Positions 13,812-25,700 of a stretch of 55,031 bases of DNA are shown here, one piece after another (within the stretch, counting starts at the first letter, position 1; the number at the start of each line of letters is the position of its first letter). Under the pieces are notes generated by a model. The model searched no databases and was not told where the DNA came from. It worked only from the letters and a program-made list of their open reading frames with translations. Made by a program: the position numbers and the translations under genes. Origin of the DNA: Octopus bimaculoides (taxonomy: Eukaryota); assembly GCF_001194135.2 (NCBI RefSeq), contig NC_068988.1, positions 46,086,463-46,141,493 of the forward strand, in the 5' to 3' direction.

Positions 13812-14114
13812 NNNNNNNNNNNNNNNNNNNNNNNNNNNNNNNNNNNNNNNNNNNNNNNNNNNNNNNNNNNNNNNNNNNNNNNNNNNNNNNNNNNNNNNNN
13901 NNNNNNNNNNNNNNNNNNNNNNNNNNNNNNNNNNNNNNNNNNNNNNNNNNNNNNNNNNNNNNNNNNNNNNNNNNNNNNNNNNNNNNNNNNNNNNNNNNNN
14001 NNNNNNNNNNNNNNNNNNNNNNNNNNNNNNNNNNNNNNNNNNNNNNNNNNNNNNNNNNNNNNNNNNNNNNNNNNNNNNNNNNNNNNNNNNNNNNNNNNNN
14101 NNNNNNNNNNNNNN

Positions 14115-14168
<54 letters not shown>

Positions 14169-15086
14169 CCTGTATGTGTTTTTGTAGGTGGAAAAGTTTC
14201 GTCTAAATCATATTTTGCAAACTGTGATGTGTGTGCTGGTATGTATGTATATGTCTACGTATACATGAATCTTCATTGATCTTTGTAAAGTCACCCATGA
14301 TTTTGCTATAGAATCATGTATATTGTATATCATTGTAGAATATATATTATGTGTTCATTCGTAGAAGTAACAAAGGAAACTAACTTTAAAATAAATGTGG
14401 GACTTTGTTCCTCTGTTAAGTGGCACAGTGGATCAAAGCAAGAAACATTATAAATTCAGTTGTTGTTCTTTCATCATTTTGATAATTCAGCTTGGTTTGT
14501 CGTTGGTTACATGGGCTCCATTATATATTAATTTTCCTGGGAAACGGCAGGATCTGTATAATACGCTTTACTGAAAAACTCTCACCCTGCTGACTCGTAA
14601 ATAATTTGTCACACCAATTTATGGAGAAAAATAAAAGACTCCTGAACATATAGGGAACACATACGGAAATATGCTACACACAACGTGATTAGACCTTCAA
14701 TCTAGTTGCCATGCAGCACTCAGCCAATCAGAATACAGGTCTCAAAAAATGTCTAAACACTCACATGATAGGTATATTAATCAATCACTACAGCTGAACG
14801 TGATAAGCCTTTATAAATCAAATGTTTTCAATACACCATGATAGAAATTGGTGTCACTACAGATTCCAGAGAGTCCATCATATGTTATAGTTACTGTTGC
14901 AAACACAACTCTTGCTAAGCAGCAGTAACAACACCAGTAATAATAGTAGTAGTAGTAGTAGCAGCAGCAACAGCAGAAGCAGCAGTAGTAGTAGTTATGG
15001 TTTTTTCCAGTTTGCAATATTTTTAAAGCTAAGGGCGGCGAACTGGCAGGGATCGTTAGCACGCCGGTCGAACTGCTTCGCGGTAT

Positions 15087-16750
15087 AACGGCTCTGTGAA
15101 TTCTTGTGAATACTGTTGTGTTACTTTGTGAAAACTGTGTCGGTGAATAATTGTGATTTTTGTGGAATTATTACGGTTACGTTTCACGCGAGCTGCTGCA
15201 ATTTTTCCCAGCTATGGCAAGTGGTAGTGTCTCCAGTATGGAGAGCTACGCCAAGACCATTGCGGTGAGGAAGCCAGTGCCGCTAGAAACCAAGTTAATC
15301 AAGTTGGATATGGAGGAGGTGACCAGAAGCAGGAATTTGATGGAGACTCATACAAATTGTGCCCCTCCCCCAAGAGACTAAAGAAGAAAATATTCCGAGG
15401 ACAGTTGTGTATCGTACACAGGCTGTCGAAACCTNNNNNNNNNNNNNNNNNNNNNNNNNNNNNNNNNNNNNNNNNNNNNNNNNNNNNNNNNNNNNNNNNN
15501 NNNNNNNNNNNNNNNNNNNNNNNNNNNNNNNNNNNNNNNNNNNNNNNNNNNNNNNNNNNNNNNNNNNNNNNNNNNNNNNNNNNNNNNNNNNNNNNNNNNN
15601 NNNNNNNNNNNNNNNNNNNNNNNNNNNNNNNNNNNNNNNNNNNNNNNNNNNNNNNNNNNNNNNNNNNNNNNNNNNNNNNNNNNNNNNNNNNNNNNNNNNN
15701 NNNNNNNNNNNNNNNNNNNNNNNNNNNNNNNNNNNNNNNNNNNNNNNNNNNNNNNNNNNNNNNNNNNNNNNNNNNNNNNNNNNNNNNNNNNNNNNNNNNN
15801 NNNNNNNNNNNNNNNNNNNNNCGAAATGTGGCTTTTTGCCACATTCGAGGACATAGAAAGAATTCCCTACCAGATAGAAGTGGAGGATGAGAGAACGTTA
15901 AATGTTGTAGTTGAGGGAAGGAAACCAAATTGCTACATATGCGGGGAAAGAGGTCATATGAAGACCAAATGCCCCCTATATGAGTTCACACAACCACAGC
16001 AAGAGAAAGCACAAGCAGAGGAGGAAAACATTGTAGACCACACTGAGGAAATGAAAGAGAGACAGAAGTGTGAAACAGAGAAAACAAAGGAGAAGAACGA
16101 AAATGGAGCTACTAACCCTAAAAAGCGAAGGAAAAATAAGTCAAAGGAACGGTCAACAGAAAACAAAAAAAAAACAAAAGAGATAAAAAAATCCAGAAAC
16201 TAATAATGTACAAGAAGAGGAGGAGAAAAAGGTAAAGATGTAAAATACAAGGGGTTTTTGATAAAGTACGAGAATTGCGAGCAGATGGAGAAAAAAGTCG
16301 AGAGGTTGGAGGAAATAATAAGAGTGAAGATGCCTGAGAAATGCATTTTGATACATGAGGAAAACTACTGGGAGTACATAAAAGAACTTGGTAAAAATAT
16401 AATAACGAAACGGGTATGGTTGGTGGAGACACCACGCGCTAGAACTGATTATTTGCAGTTAAGGACGGAAGTAACAGTGATTAATGGAAGAAAAATAACG
16501 CGAGTATTTCAATTTTTTGAGTTGCAAAACCGTTAAAATGTATACATAATGTTTAAGTAAAGTGAAAAACTGGATAAATGTAACCACCCGACTTCGGGGA
16601 TCGAGTGTACATTGCGTCTCATTTTATTCATTCTTGCATATTATCATTTTATTTTAATGACCTCGATTTTATGTTTGCGTTTTGTACTGTCTTTATGTTT
16701 TGTGATGTCTTAAAAATTTTTGTATAGACCTTTATGGGTAATAAAGAAAT
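15087..16750 (+). mobile_element. ORF1-only (HAL1-like) non-autonomous retroelement with L1/Tx1-type ORF1
   Basis: Flanked by duplicated CGGTAT (15081-15086 and 16751-16756); splits a SINE whose halves rejoin; ends in AATAAAGAAAT; no EN/RT coding sequence after ORF1. Confidence 0.7.
15214..16536 (+). pseudogene. Frameshifted gag-like ORF1 with CCHC zinc knuckle (CYICGERGHMKTKC, 15931-15972)
   Basis: MASGSVSSMESYAKT... start, 387-nt N-gap, GRKPNCYICGERGHMKTKCP, K/E-rich linker, C-terminal segment 16258-16536; frameshifts at homopolymer runs. Confidence 0.7.
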
Positions 16751-17134
16751 CGGTATTCCGTCTGCTGTTACGTTCTGAGTTCAAATTCCGTCGAGGTCGA
16801 CTTTGCCTTTCATCCTTTCGGGGTCGATTAAATCTCTACCAGTTACCCATTGGAGTCAAAGTAATCGACTTAATTCCTTTGTCTGTACTTGTTTATCCCT
16901 ACTATGTCTAGCCCCCTGTGGTCAATAAAAATATAAATATTTTAAAGATAAATTTACAAATTGGAGCTACACATATGAACAAATACGTAAGCATATGTGT
17001 GTGTGTGTGTATATGTGTGCAGTGTTTGTATACTTGAGTAAGCATATAAATGCAAAACAAGGTGGAAAGAATTAGTTCTTGAATACCAAAAGTAGAGTAA
17101 CATATTTTTTGTTAAAGCCACAAAAATTTTCACA

Positions 17135-17176
17135 GACTGTTACTCAGAGTTTCACTTTCCCATTCATCAGACAGTT
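17135..17176 (-). ncRNA. Minimal type I hammerhead ribozyme fold within a repeat
   Basis: Minus strand aACTGT-CTGATGA-atgggaaagt-GAAA-CTCtGAG-TA-ACAGTc: intact core, 5-bp stem I, palindromic stem III, GUA site; stem II weakened. Confidence 0.6.
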
Positions 17177-17689
17177 GTAATGAATACATCACTAACAGAC
17201 ACATGGATATACAAACTAAATGATACCTTCTTCCAAACTCTCTAATATATATGTAAAACTGTATTCTGAAAATTAATTCGCTGTTTCCACAATATTTCAT
17301 CACATATTTAAAATTTGAAAGATGTGTGAAGAAAATAAGTATCATATGATTTTATACAAGAATCAAGTTAAGAACAAATCTGGCTTTCAGGAGATAGAAT
17401 TTTGACATTGCACTGTACTTTCACTCAAAGTCAAAGCTGAAATTCCTTTATCAGTAGCTGAGATGAGAGTTGGATCAAGCAGTACTGAGAATGGTGTATA
17501 AAGTATTGTATGGAAACATGAGAATATTATTGGCAGAAAGTCTCTCATTTGCCATATCTATTATATTTCTCCAGTGCAAACATAAACACACACGTACAAA
17601 ACCACATACATACATAAATAGACATCTATGTGTGTATATATGTATATGTACACACGTATAGATATATCTATATTTATGCATGTATCTAT

Positions 17690-17850
<161 letters not shown>

Positions 17851-19186
17851 CAGTACAGAATTATAGATCCATTTCATCCAATTTCACTAATTGGTTGCAC
17901 CCTATCGTGTGTGGAAACAATTGTTAAATGAGTGAAATTGCTCTATAAAACTGTACTGTATAGAATATAAATAATGATATACCCCCAACTTCTCTATTGA
18001 CAAATATATGAATGCCTGTTTTTCCTGATTTATGGATTCTTAGAATATTCTACGTGCGTATGTATGCGTGTTTGTGTTCGTGCGTTTGTGTATTTTACTA
18101 GTGTAAAGTCATATTTAACCTGTCTGAGTGTACTTGGGTGTGCAGAGACCTTTTGCTTTGGAAATAGTCCCAGGAGAAACCTATCATCCTAGACAGCATT
18201 AGTGAAAACAACTTGGGCTGTGAATGATCCCATTGGATCATAAGGTGCATGCGTTACTGCCTTGAACATGTCATCAGCTATAAAATACTCAATCTGTCTT
18301 TACAGCAAAGAGGACAGTCACTAATGTGTGTAAAGCTTGGTCAAGCAGGATTTAGCTAAAATCACACGAAGTATCATTGCATAAAATACAGTTGTGTAAA
18401 CTTATACTTAACACATTGGAGTTCGATTGAATGTAGGAAGACCTTTCAATGCAGAAATAGTCTTGAGAGGAAACATTCCTTGACAAAATTTGTGTAAGCA
18501 CATTGGGTTCCGAATGAATTTATATGACTCATTTCTGCAACCTAATTATTTTCACCCTGGAGGGAATTTTTCTCCTAAGATGATTTTTACATTGTAACGT
18601 CTTCCCTCGCCTGTGTAAAGTTAGTAAAGATATATTGTAGTGCCAAATATTTCTTTATTGATGAACAGATTGCAAATACTTCTCCAAACACTATTGATGT
18701 GATTTTTATAATCTTTAGAAATGATATGATCCTATATTGATATATGTGAATTTTCAAGCCAGCTTTCTGACGGGCTTATAAAAGTTGGTATTTAAGTTTA
18801 GAGGAACATGAACGAGATAACTTATAGTTGAGTGACCTATAGTTATTTTTAAGCCAAAAACATTATATGTTTGGATAATGTCATTTGTTAATTTGTTTAA
18901 TTTCAGGCCATTTGTACCTATTGGTAAAGCTAGCCCATCATCCCTGTAAATTCCAATGTCTATTGTAAATAAGCTGGATCATCATATAATCACCTAACTG
19001 CACACAAACACTTGCACAAAAGTGGTATATGTATGAATTCCAATTTACTTTTCGATTTTCAGCATTTTCATCACATCTGTTGCCTTCATTTCCTATATCC
19101 TCCCCTTTTCTGCTCATTCTTTGGTTCGTTGTACTTGATAATATACGGGTCATTCTGTTGTCATCTACCTTTGTCTTATCGTTGTA

Positions 19187-19244
<58 letters not shown>

Positions 19245-19247
<3 letters not shown>

Positions 19248-19590
19248 TCATCATCATCGTTTAACGTCCGTTTTCGATGTTGGCATGGGTTGGACTGTTT
19301 CACTGAAGTCTAGAGAGCCAGCGGCTGCACCAGGCTCCAACCTGATCTGGCAATGTTTCTACAGCTGGATGCCCTTCCTTACGCCAACCACTTCGAGAGT
19401 GTAGTGGATGCTTTTTACATGCCACTGGCACAGGAGCCAGTCAAGCTAGCCTGGCATCGATCACCTTCAGATAGTGTTTTTTATGTGCCACCGGCACGGG
19501 ACCAGTTAGTGGGTACTGGCATCGGCCATGTTCGGTTGGTGTTTTTTACGTGTCACAGACACGAGAGCCAGTCAGGGGGTACTGGCATCG
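19245..19590 (-). mobile_element. RTE-like 3'UTR copy with three internal tandem units
   Basis: Three ~65-bp gtg(c/t)ttttta(c/t)(a/g)tg(c/t)cac..ctggcatcg units. Confidence 0.75.
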
Positions 19591-19593
19591 AGA

Positions 19594-19612
<19 letters not shown>

Positions 19613-19624
<12 letters not shown>

Positions 19625-20052
19625 TATATATGAAAGAAGGTTTGAAAATGCAATTTTAAAGATATTTATTCACTTGACCGGTTTCACATTTTAGAAAAAG
19701 ATTGTCAAAAGTAAAATGTATGAGCTTTTCTGGGTTAAGTACTGGTTGTCACAAAAGTATTAGAAAACAGAAATGCATTCTTTGATAACGATAAGAAAAT
19801 GTTAAAAACAGTTTACAAGATACTTAAATACTTTCTTGTAAACTGTTTTTAACATTTTCTTATTATTATCAAAGAATGTGTATATGTATTTTAATACTTT
19901 TGTGATAACCAGTACTTAACACAACAAAGGTTATATAAAGCTTTACATTTTACTTTTGACAAACTTTTTCTAAAAAAGTGAAACCGGTCAAGTAAATAAA
20001 CATCTTTAAAATTGCATTTTCAGACCTTCTTTCATATATATTTCCATATATA
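19613..20052. mobile_element. Palindromic foldback/MITE-like element, ~200-bp arms, ~13-nt loop
   Basis: For example aagaaaatgttaaaaacagtttacaaga / tcttgtaaactgtttttaacattttctt and tgaaagaagg / ccttctttca; set in TA-rich flanks. Confidence 0.75.
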
Positions 20053-21394
20053 TCGATCTGTAGACTATTCTTAAATTATATACATCATTGAAAGCTTGAG
20101 AGACTATGGTATTCATGTTGCCAAAGCATCTCATGCAGTAGTGGTGGCAGCATTTGCTAAATACATATTTCTACCATTTGGGATTTCATCAGTAGCGTAT
20201 ATCCACTGGCAACTGCATGCTAAGACAAAATCAGCCGCAACTGTTACAGCAAAATAGTGAAAATCACTAATATCACAATTACTTGGTAAACTCAATAAAA
20301 ATTCGTTATGAATATCAGACACAGTTTTTGTTGAAAATACCAATCTGTGTGTCATACTTAAAGCATATTTATTGCTGAAAGCCTGATAAACTCTTCTATT
20401 TATCTTGACAAAGAATTTATCGCTTATAGACACATAGTGTTAAAAAACACAGAAATATATATGATTAGAACACAAAAATATTATCCAGTGGTAGTGCGAT
20501 CATTGTTAAATATGTATTTCTGCTTCTTTGGGAGCCATCAGTAGCAACATCCTATAGCAAGCTCCAGTGGATCCAAGCATGCAAACTGAATGTGTAGTGA
20601 CATGACGAACATTGAAGCTGAGGACAGTTTTATTGAATAAACTGTTTCTTTAATATATCTACTTGAATATTTTCCCAAAAACATTGTTTTGTATCATATT
20701 TTTATCCATTTATTATCTTCGTTTTCCTTACATCATATTTTGTTCTCAATTACCTGATGCACACTCTATGAACATCTCTATGTATATATGCACACATATA
20801 TATATATGTTTCTGCATGTTTGCATGTGTGTGTATTTGTGTGTGAGCATGCATTTAAGTGTGCAGCCTATTTTCATGTGAACTGAGCCCATTTGTGCAAT
20901 AAAAACATGTAATAATCATTTTTGCTCTTTCTTTGAAACACCTAACAGCAAATTTGAGAAGGGATATATAATGAAAAATAATATGGACAGGAGAAAAAAA
21001 TGCGCAAAAAAAGTAACAAATTTGCTTGGCCTTCCATTAACCCTAAAAACACTACAAAAGGATAGTTACTTCTGTCAGTTCTCACATTATAAGTAGAAAC
21101 CCTTTTTATATAAGTGAGAAAACAGATAATGAGGAAAATAACAACAGAAATAATAATAACAAACGATATGTAGTCAATAAATGCCATATATATACATATG
21201 ATGCACACTTAAGTATGTATGTGACAGTAAGAGTAAGCAGGTTTATCATGCACAGAAACACACATCCAATATTTGTGGGGTGTGGGGGAAATGACAAAAA
21301 ATTTCCACATCATATTTCCAACACCCAATATATGTGTTCATTATATATGTCCATATGTTCATAATCTGCAGTGGCAAATGAGTATTGTTAGAAG

Positions 21395-21426
<32 letters not shown>

Positions 21427-21759
21427 CATGGCTTATAAAAATCTTTCCTTTTATTTGCCATGAGGGCTTGAAGAGTGAAAACATGCAAAACTTTTACAAG
21501 AGTTAGAAAGAGATAAATGATAAGGTGGAGTGTGAAACAAAAAAGAAAAAATGTATTTGAAGATTTAAAAAAAAACCTGAATAGGAAACATATGATATAT
21601 GGAAGGATACTTTAAAATTTTAAAGGTGCCCACATATGCATATCTATCTATCTATCTGTCTGTCTGTCTGTATATATATGTACATATCCATCGATATCTA
21701 TATATATACATATATATGTATATATGTGTGTATATATGTGTTTATACATACATATATAT

Positions 21760-22260
21760 GGAGTGCCGATCTCTCAAAGTAGATGGAACATATGGGAGTG
21801 GTAAACCCAGGAAGACATGTGATGAATTACTGAAGGACTTCAGAATGTTAAACCTTTTAGGCAAGATGACAAAGACCTGAGATTACTGGTGCCTTGTTGT
21901 ACTCAAGAAAACCCATAATCCACAGCAGAAGTGTTAAGACCAGTTCCTCTGGTGCTGAAAAGCATTGATGGTGGTGCTACGCAAAAGCACATGTGTAGTA
22001 CCACATAAAAATACCCATTCAGCGGCATGTAAAAGCACCTGTGTGACCCCACGTAAAAGTGCCAGTGCAGTGCCATGTAAAATTACCCAGCACACTCTGT
22101 AAAGGGGTTGGTATTAGGAAGGGCATCCAGCCATAGAAAGCATACCAAATCAGACTGAAATGTGGTGCAGCTCCCCAGCATGGTCAAATCATCCAACCTA
22201 TGCCAGCATGGGCGTTAAATGTTGTTGTTGTTGATGATGATGATGTTGATGATAATGATA
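21760..22260 (+). mobile_element. RTE-like LINE 3' end (ORF C-terminus, 3'UTR, (GAT)n tail)
   Basis: CRSLKVDGTYGSGKPRKTCDELLKDF, then the conserved ttaggaagggcatccagc..catgccagcatgg..gttaaatg(ATG)n tail. Confidence 0.7.
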
Positions 22261-22549
22261 TATATATATATATACACTCATACATTTTCATGTTTGCATG
22301 GAAATATATTGAATATAGAATAAAGGACAATTATTTAAGCAAGATGTAATTAAACAAATAAGTCATCGTACAATAGAAAAAAAAGTACAAGAAGACATGG
22401 AAGATTTCTAGCTAGATAGAGTTGTGTACTTTCGAAACATTTTAATCTAAAGCTATTTCTCACATTGTGTTTAAGAGAAACTCAATGCACCAGTGAGAAT
22501 GTTTTTGAGATATCTTGAGACCTTTCTTCTCTTTAGTTCAATATTATGC

Positions 22550-22970
22550 CTTAGGTAAGTTGGTGAGCTGGCAGAATCGTTAGCACACTGGGCGAAATGC
22601 TTAGTGGTATTTCGGCTGCCATTACATTCTGAGTTCAAATTCTGCCGAGGTTGACTTTGCCTTTCGTCCTTTCGGTGTCAATTAAATAAGTACCAGTTAC
22701 ACACTGGGGCGATATAATCGACTTACTCCACTTGTTTGTGCCCTCTGTGTGTAGCCCCTTGTGGGCAATAAAGAAATAAGAATCATTAGCATGCAAGCAA
22801 AATACTTAGCAGCATTATGTTCTGGGTTCAAATTCTGCCGAGGTCAGCTTTAGCTTTCATCCATTCGGGGTTGATAAAATAAGTACCAGTTGAGTACTGG
22901 AGTTGATGTAATTGATTAACTCCTCCTCCAAATTTGCTAGCCATGTGCCACCATTTGAAACCAATATGCC
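22550..22970 (+). mobile_element. Two tandem SINE family B copies with different 3' tails
   Basis: Both carry ctttcatcc(t/a)ttcgg(t/g)gt..ataagtaccagtt; the first ends gccccttgtgggcaataaagaaat, the second ends ..gtgccaccatttgaaacc. Confidence 0.75.
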
Positions 22971-23479
22971 TTAGTTTTAATTTTACAAGTCATTTGATAT
23001 CCTGAATCTCATTGTTTTTCTGCCATAATTTTTACAGAAAGTCTTTGGCACCCCAGATGCATATTTCTGTCTAATTGCAGTAATTTAGGAAAATGATGAA
23101 TCTTATTTGATCTTCATCCTCATTATTTTCATGGGATAAATTTCATTGTTGCTTGGAAGAATTTGCTCCTCTTCACCTCTTTCTTTTGGCTTATGCTGAG
23201 CTTCTTCTTTTTTCTTTTTTGTTTTATCTATTAGGAGAGAAGGTATTTATTTTTCTAGAAGATATTTCCACTGCTAACCCCAGAAATTTGACTGGTATTA
23301 TCCTGGAAACTGGGCTTGGTGTTCTTCTCATTGTGGGCATTGTGCTTCATTAATTTTGTGTTTCCTATATGAAATGCACTGTTAATTTAATTTATTATGC
23401 TTGAAAGAAATGATAGCTAAGTTGTCCTCAGAGGGATCTAAACTCACAATGAATAGAATTACTACAAATATGGGTTTCA

Positions 23480-23900
23480 AATTTTGACACAAGGCCAGCA
23501 ATTTCAAGGGAGCAGAAAAGTCAATTACATCGACTCCCCAGTGCTTGAGTGGCACTTAATTTATGACCCTGAGAGGATGAAAGGCGAAGTTGACCGCAGT
23601 GGAATTTGAACTCAGAACACAAAAAGAGATAAAATGATGTGTTTTGCCAGGTATGCTAACGTTTCTGCCAGTTGATCACCTTAAAGTTGATGACAATGAT
23701 GATAATCCCTTCTACTAGAGGCACAAAGCCTGAAATTTTGGGGCCAGATGATTACATCAACCCCAATGTTTCACTGGTACTTGATTTATCAACCCTGAAA
23801 GGACAAAAGGCAAAGGTGACCTCAGTGGAATTCGAACTCAGACTGCAAGGACGGATGAAATGCTGTCAAGCATTTTGCTCAGCATGCTTAATGATTCTGC
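23480..23900 (-). mobile_element. Two SINE family B copies
   Basis: ggatgaaaggcgaagttgacc..gaatttgaactcagaac occurs twice. Confidence 0.7.
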
Positions 23901-25344
23901 CAGAATCATCATCAATGATGACGATGACAACTATATAATAATAATAACAATAATAATGATAAATACCCTACTGCTATACCAGGAAGTGGTATTCAAGGCT
24001 TCTGATCTTAACTAATTGGAAGTGTTATCATGTACAAGTTTTGTCTTAGTGTGAAAGATAAGCTGCAGAATTGCTTGTCAGTTGCTTGACTGTAACCAGT
24101 TGAGCATGTCCCTAAATGCCTGAAGATATGTGTGTCTCTGATCAGAAGCAAGAGTCGTGGAGAAGCATTATGAACATGTGTTGAGAAGAATTCTTTGGAG
24201 TTTGAATAATTCACCTATGGAAACATGGGTGTTTCGCACATCATCCTTGAACAATCCTTCTTCAGGGACCATTTGAGTATGATGGGCTACTCAACCTTAA
24301 GAAAATTCTAACTCAGCCTCACATTCAGGGTCATGTGTTGTTTATCTTTATATGAGATCACTATCCCATGCACATGTGGCTGTAATGCATGTGCTATGTG
24401 TATCCTTATCAGACATGTAGTCATGATGCATATATTAAGCTCCATATATTTGTACCCCAGTGTCACTTTAATGGCATGTGTTGCTCTCCACTCAATAATT
24501 ATAATTACTATTGTTTTTAATTTGGGCAGAAAGCCAGAAACTTTTAAAGGGAGAGGTATAGTTGTTCACATTGACATTAGTACATTACTGGTACCTTATT
24601 TCATTGGCCAAGAAAGGAGGAATGGCATTGTTGATTTTAAGGAAATTTGAAATCAAAATAAAAAGAAAAAGCGATTTTTCTGACACTAAAGTTTCTGGCA
24701 GCTCATTGATTCTAATTGTTTTAATTAGGCATAGAGCTAGCAATTTTTGAGGATAAGTGGTATTTGATTCCATCATTTACTGCTTCTGAACAGTAATCTA
24801 TTTATCGACCTCAAAAGGGTAAAGGGCAATGTTTACCTTGGAAGGATTTGAACTCGGAATACAAAAAGGCAAAAAAAAAAAAAAATAAATAAAATAACAC
24901 ACGGCATTTTCTTTGACAATATAACAAAGAAAAATGGGTTAGATAATGATGATAATTATGATAAAAGCAGGAAATAAACAAAATATAATTTCAAAAAATG
25001 GTAAATGGTAACAAAAATCTACAAACATGATGGTTAATGTGTAAAAGCAACAGTAGCACAGAAAAGAAAGAACCGTCAAAAGATTTTAGTTGAAATATTC
25101 TGGAAAGAAGCCTGAATTGGTGAAAAACATTTTCCCTCTAAAGACTTGAAAGAAATTTTGGCAAAAAAGATGAAATAAATATACAATATATTCTGAGATT
25201 ATATTTAAATTTGTTTTCTTTATTTAAATGCTTTTTATACGATTTTAAAAATTTTGTCTGATTTCCACTGTTTCTCTTCTATGTCTTTTTATGTTTATCT
25301 TTTCATGTTGTAGTTTTATTTCTTAAATGTATATATGCATTTCT

Positions 25345-25375
<31 letters not shown>

Positions 25376-25668
25376 GCACATAAGGAAAGAGAAAGAGAAA
25401 CAGACAGAGGGAGAAATATTTATATCTTTATATTTGCATAGAAATACACACATACACAGACACACATGTGCACACACACACACGCACACAATTGCAAGCA
25501 CACATATATATATGTAGAAATATATAAATATTTTACATATATATGTGTGTGCATCATTTATACAAATTTCCTATTTACATATTTACAATGTTAGACATGT
25601 AATACATTAGTATTAAACTACACACACACACACAGATATATGTATGTAGGCATACGTATACCCTCTAC

Positions 25669-25700
<32 letters not shown>

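Larger units (their letters stand above)
15032..16935 (+). mobile_element. SINE family B (Meta-domain-like) split by the ORF1-only insertion (15032-15086 plus 16757-16935)
   Basis: Head ggcggcgaactggcag..cggtat resumes as tccgtctg..ctgagttcaaattcc..gactttgcctttcatcctttcggggtcga; matches the intact copy at 22550-22780. Confidence 0.85.

Noticed and set aside
14710-14740. CCAAT-box-like GCCAATCAG
   Set aside because: A single short motif with no associated TSS or exon evidence.
23160-23380. Hydrophobic plus ORF 23153-23353 and a possible K/E-rich minus exon
   Set aside because: Driven by T-rich low complexity; splice phases are inconsistent.
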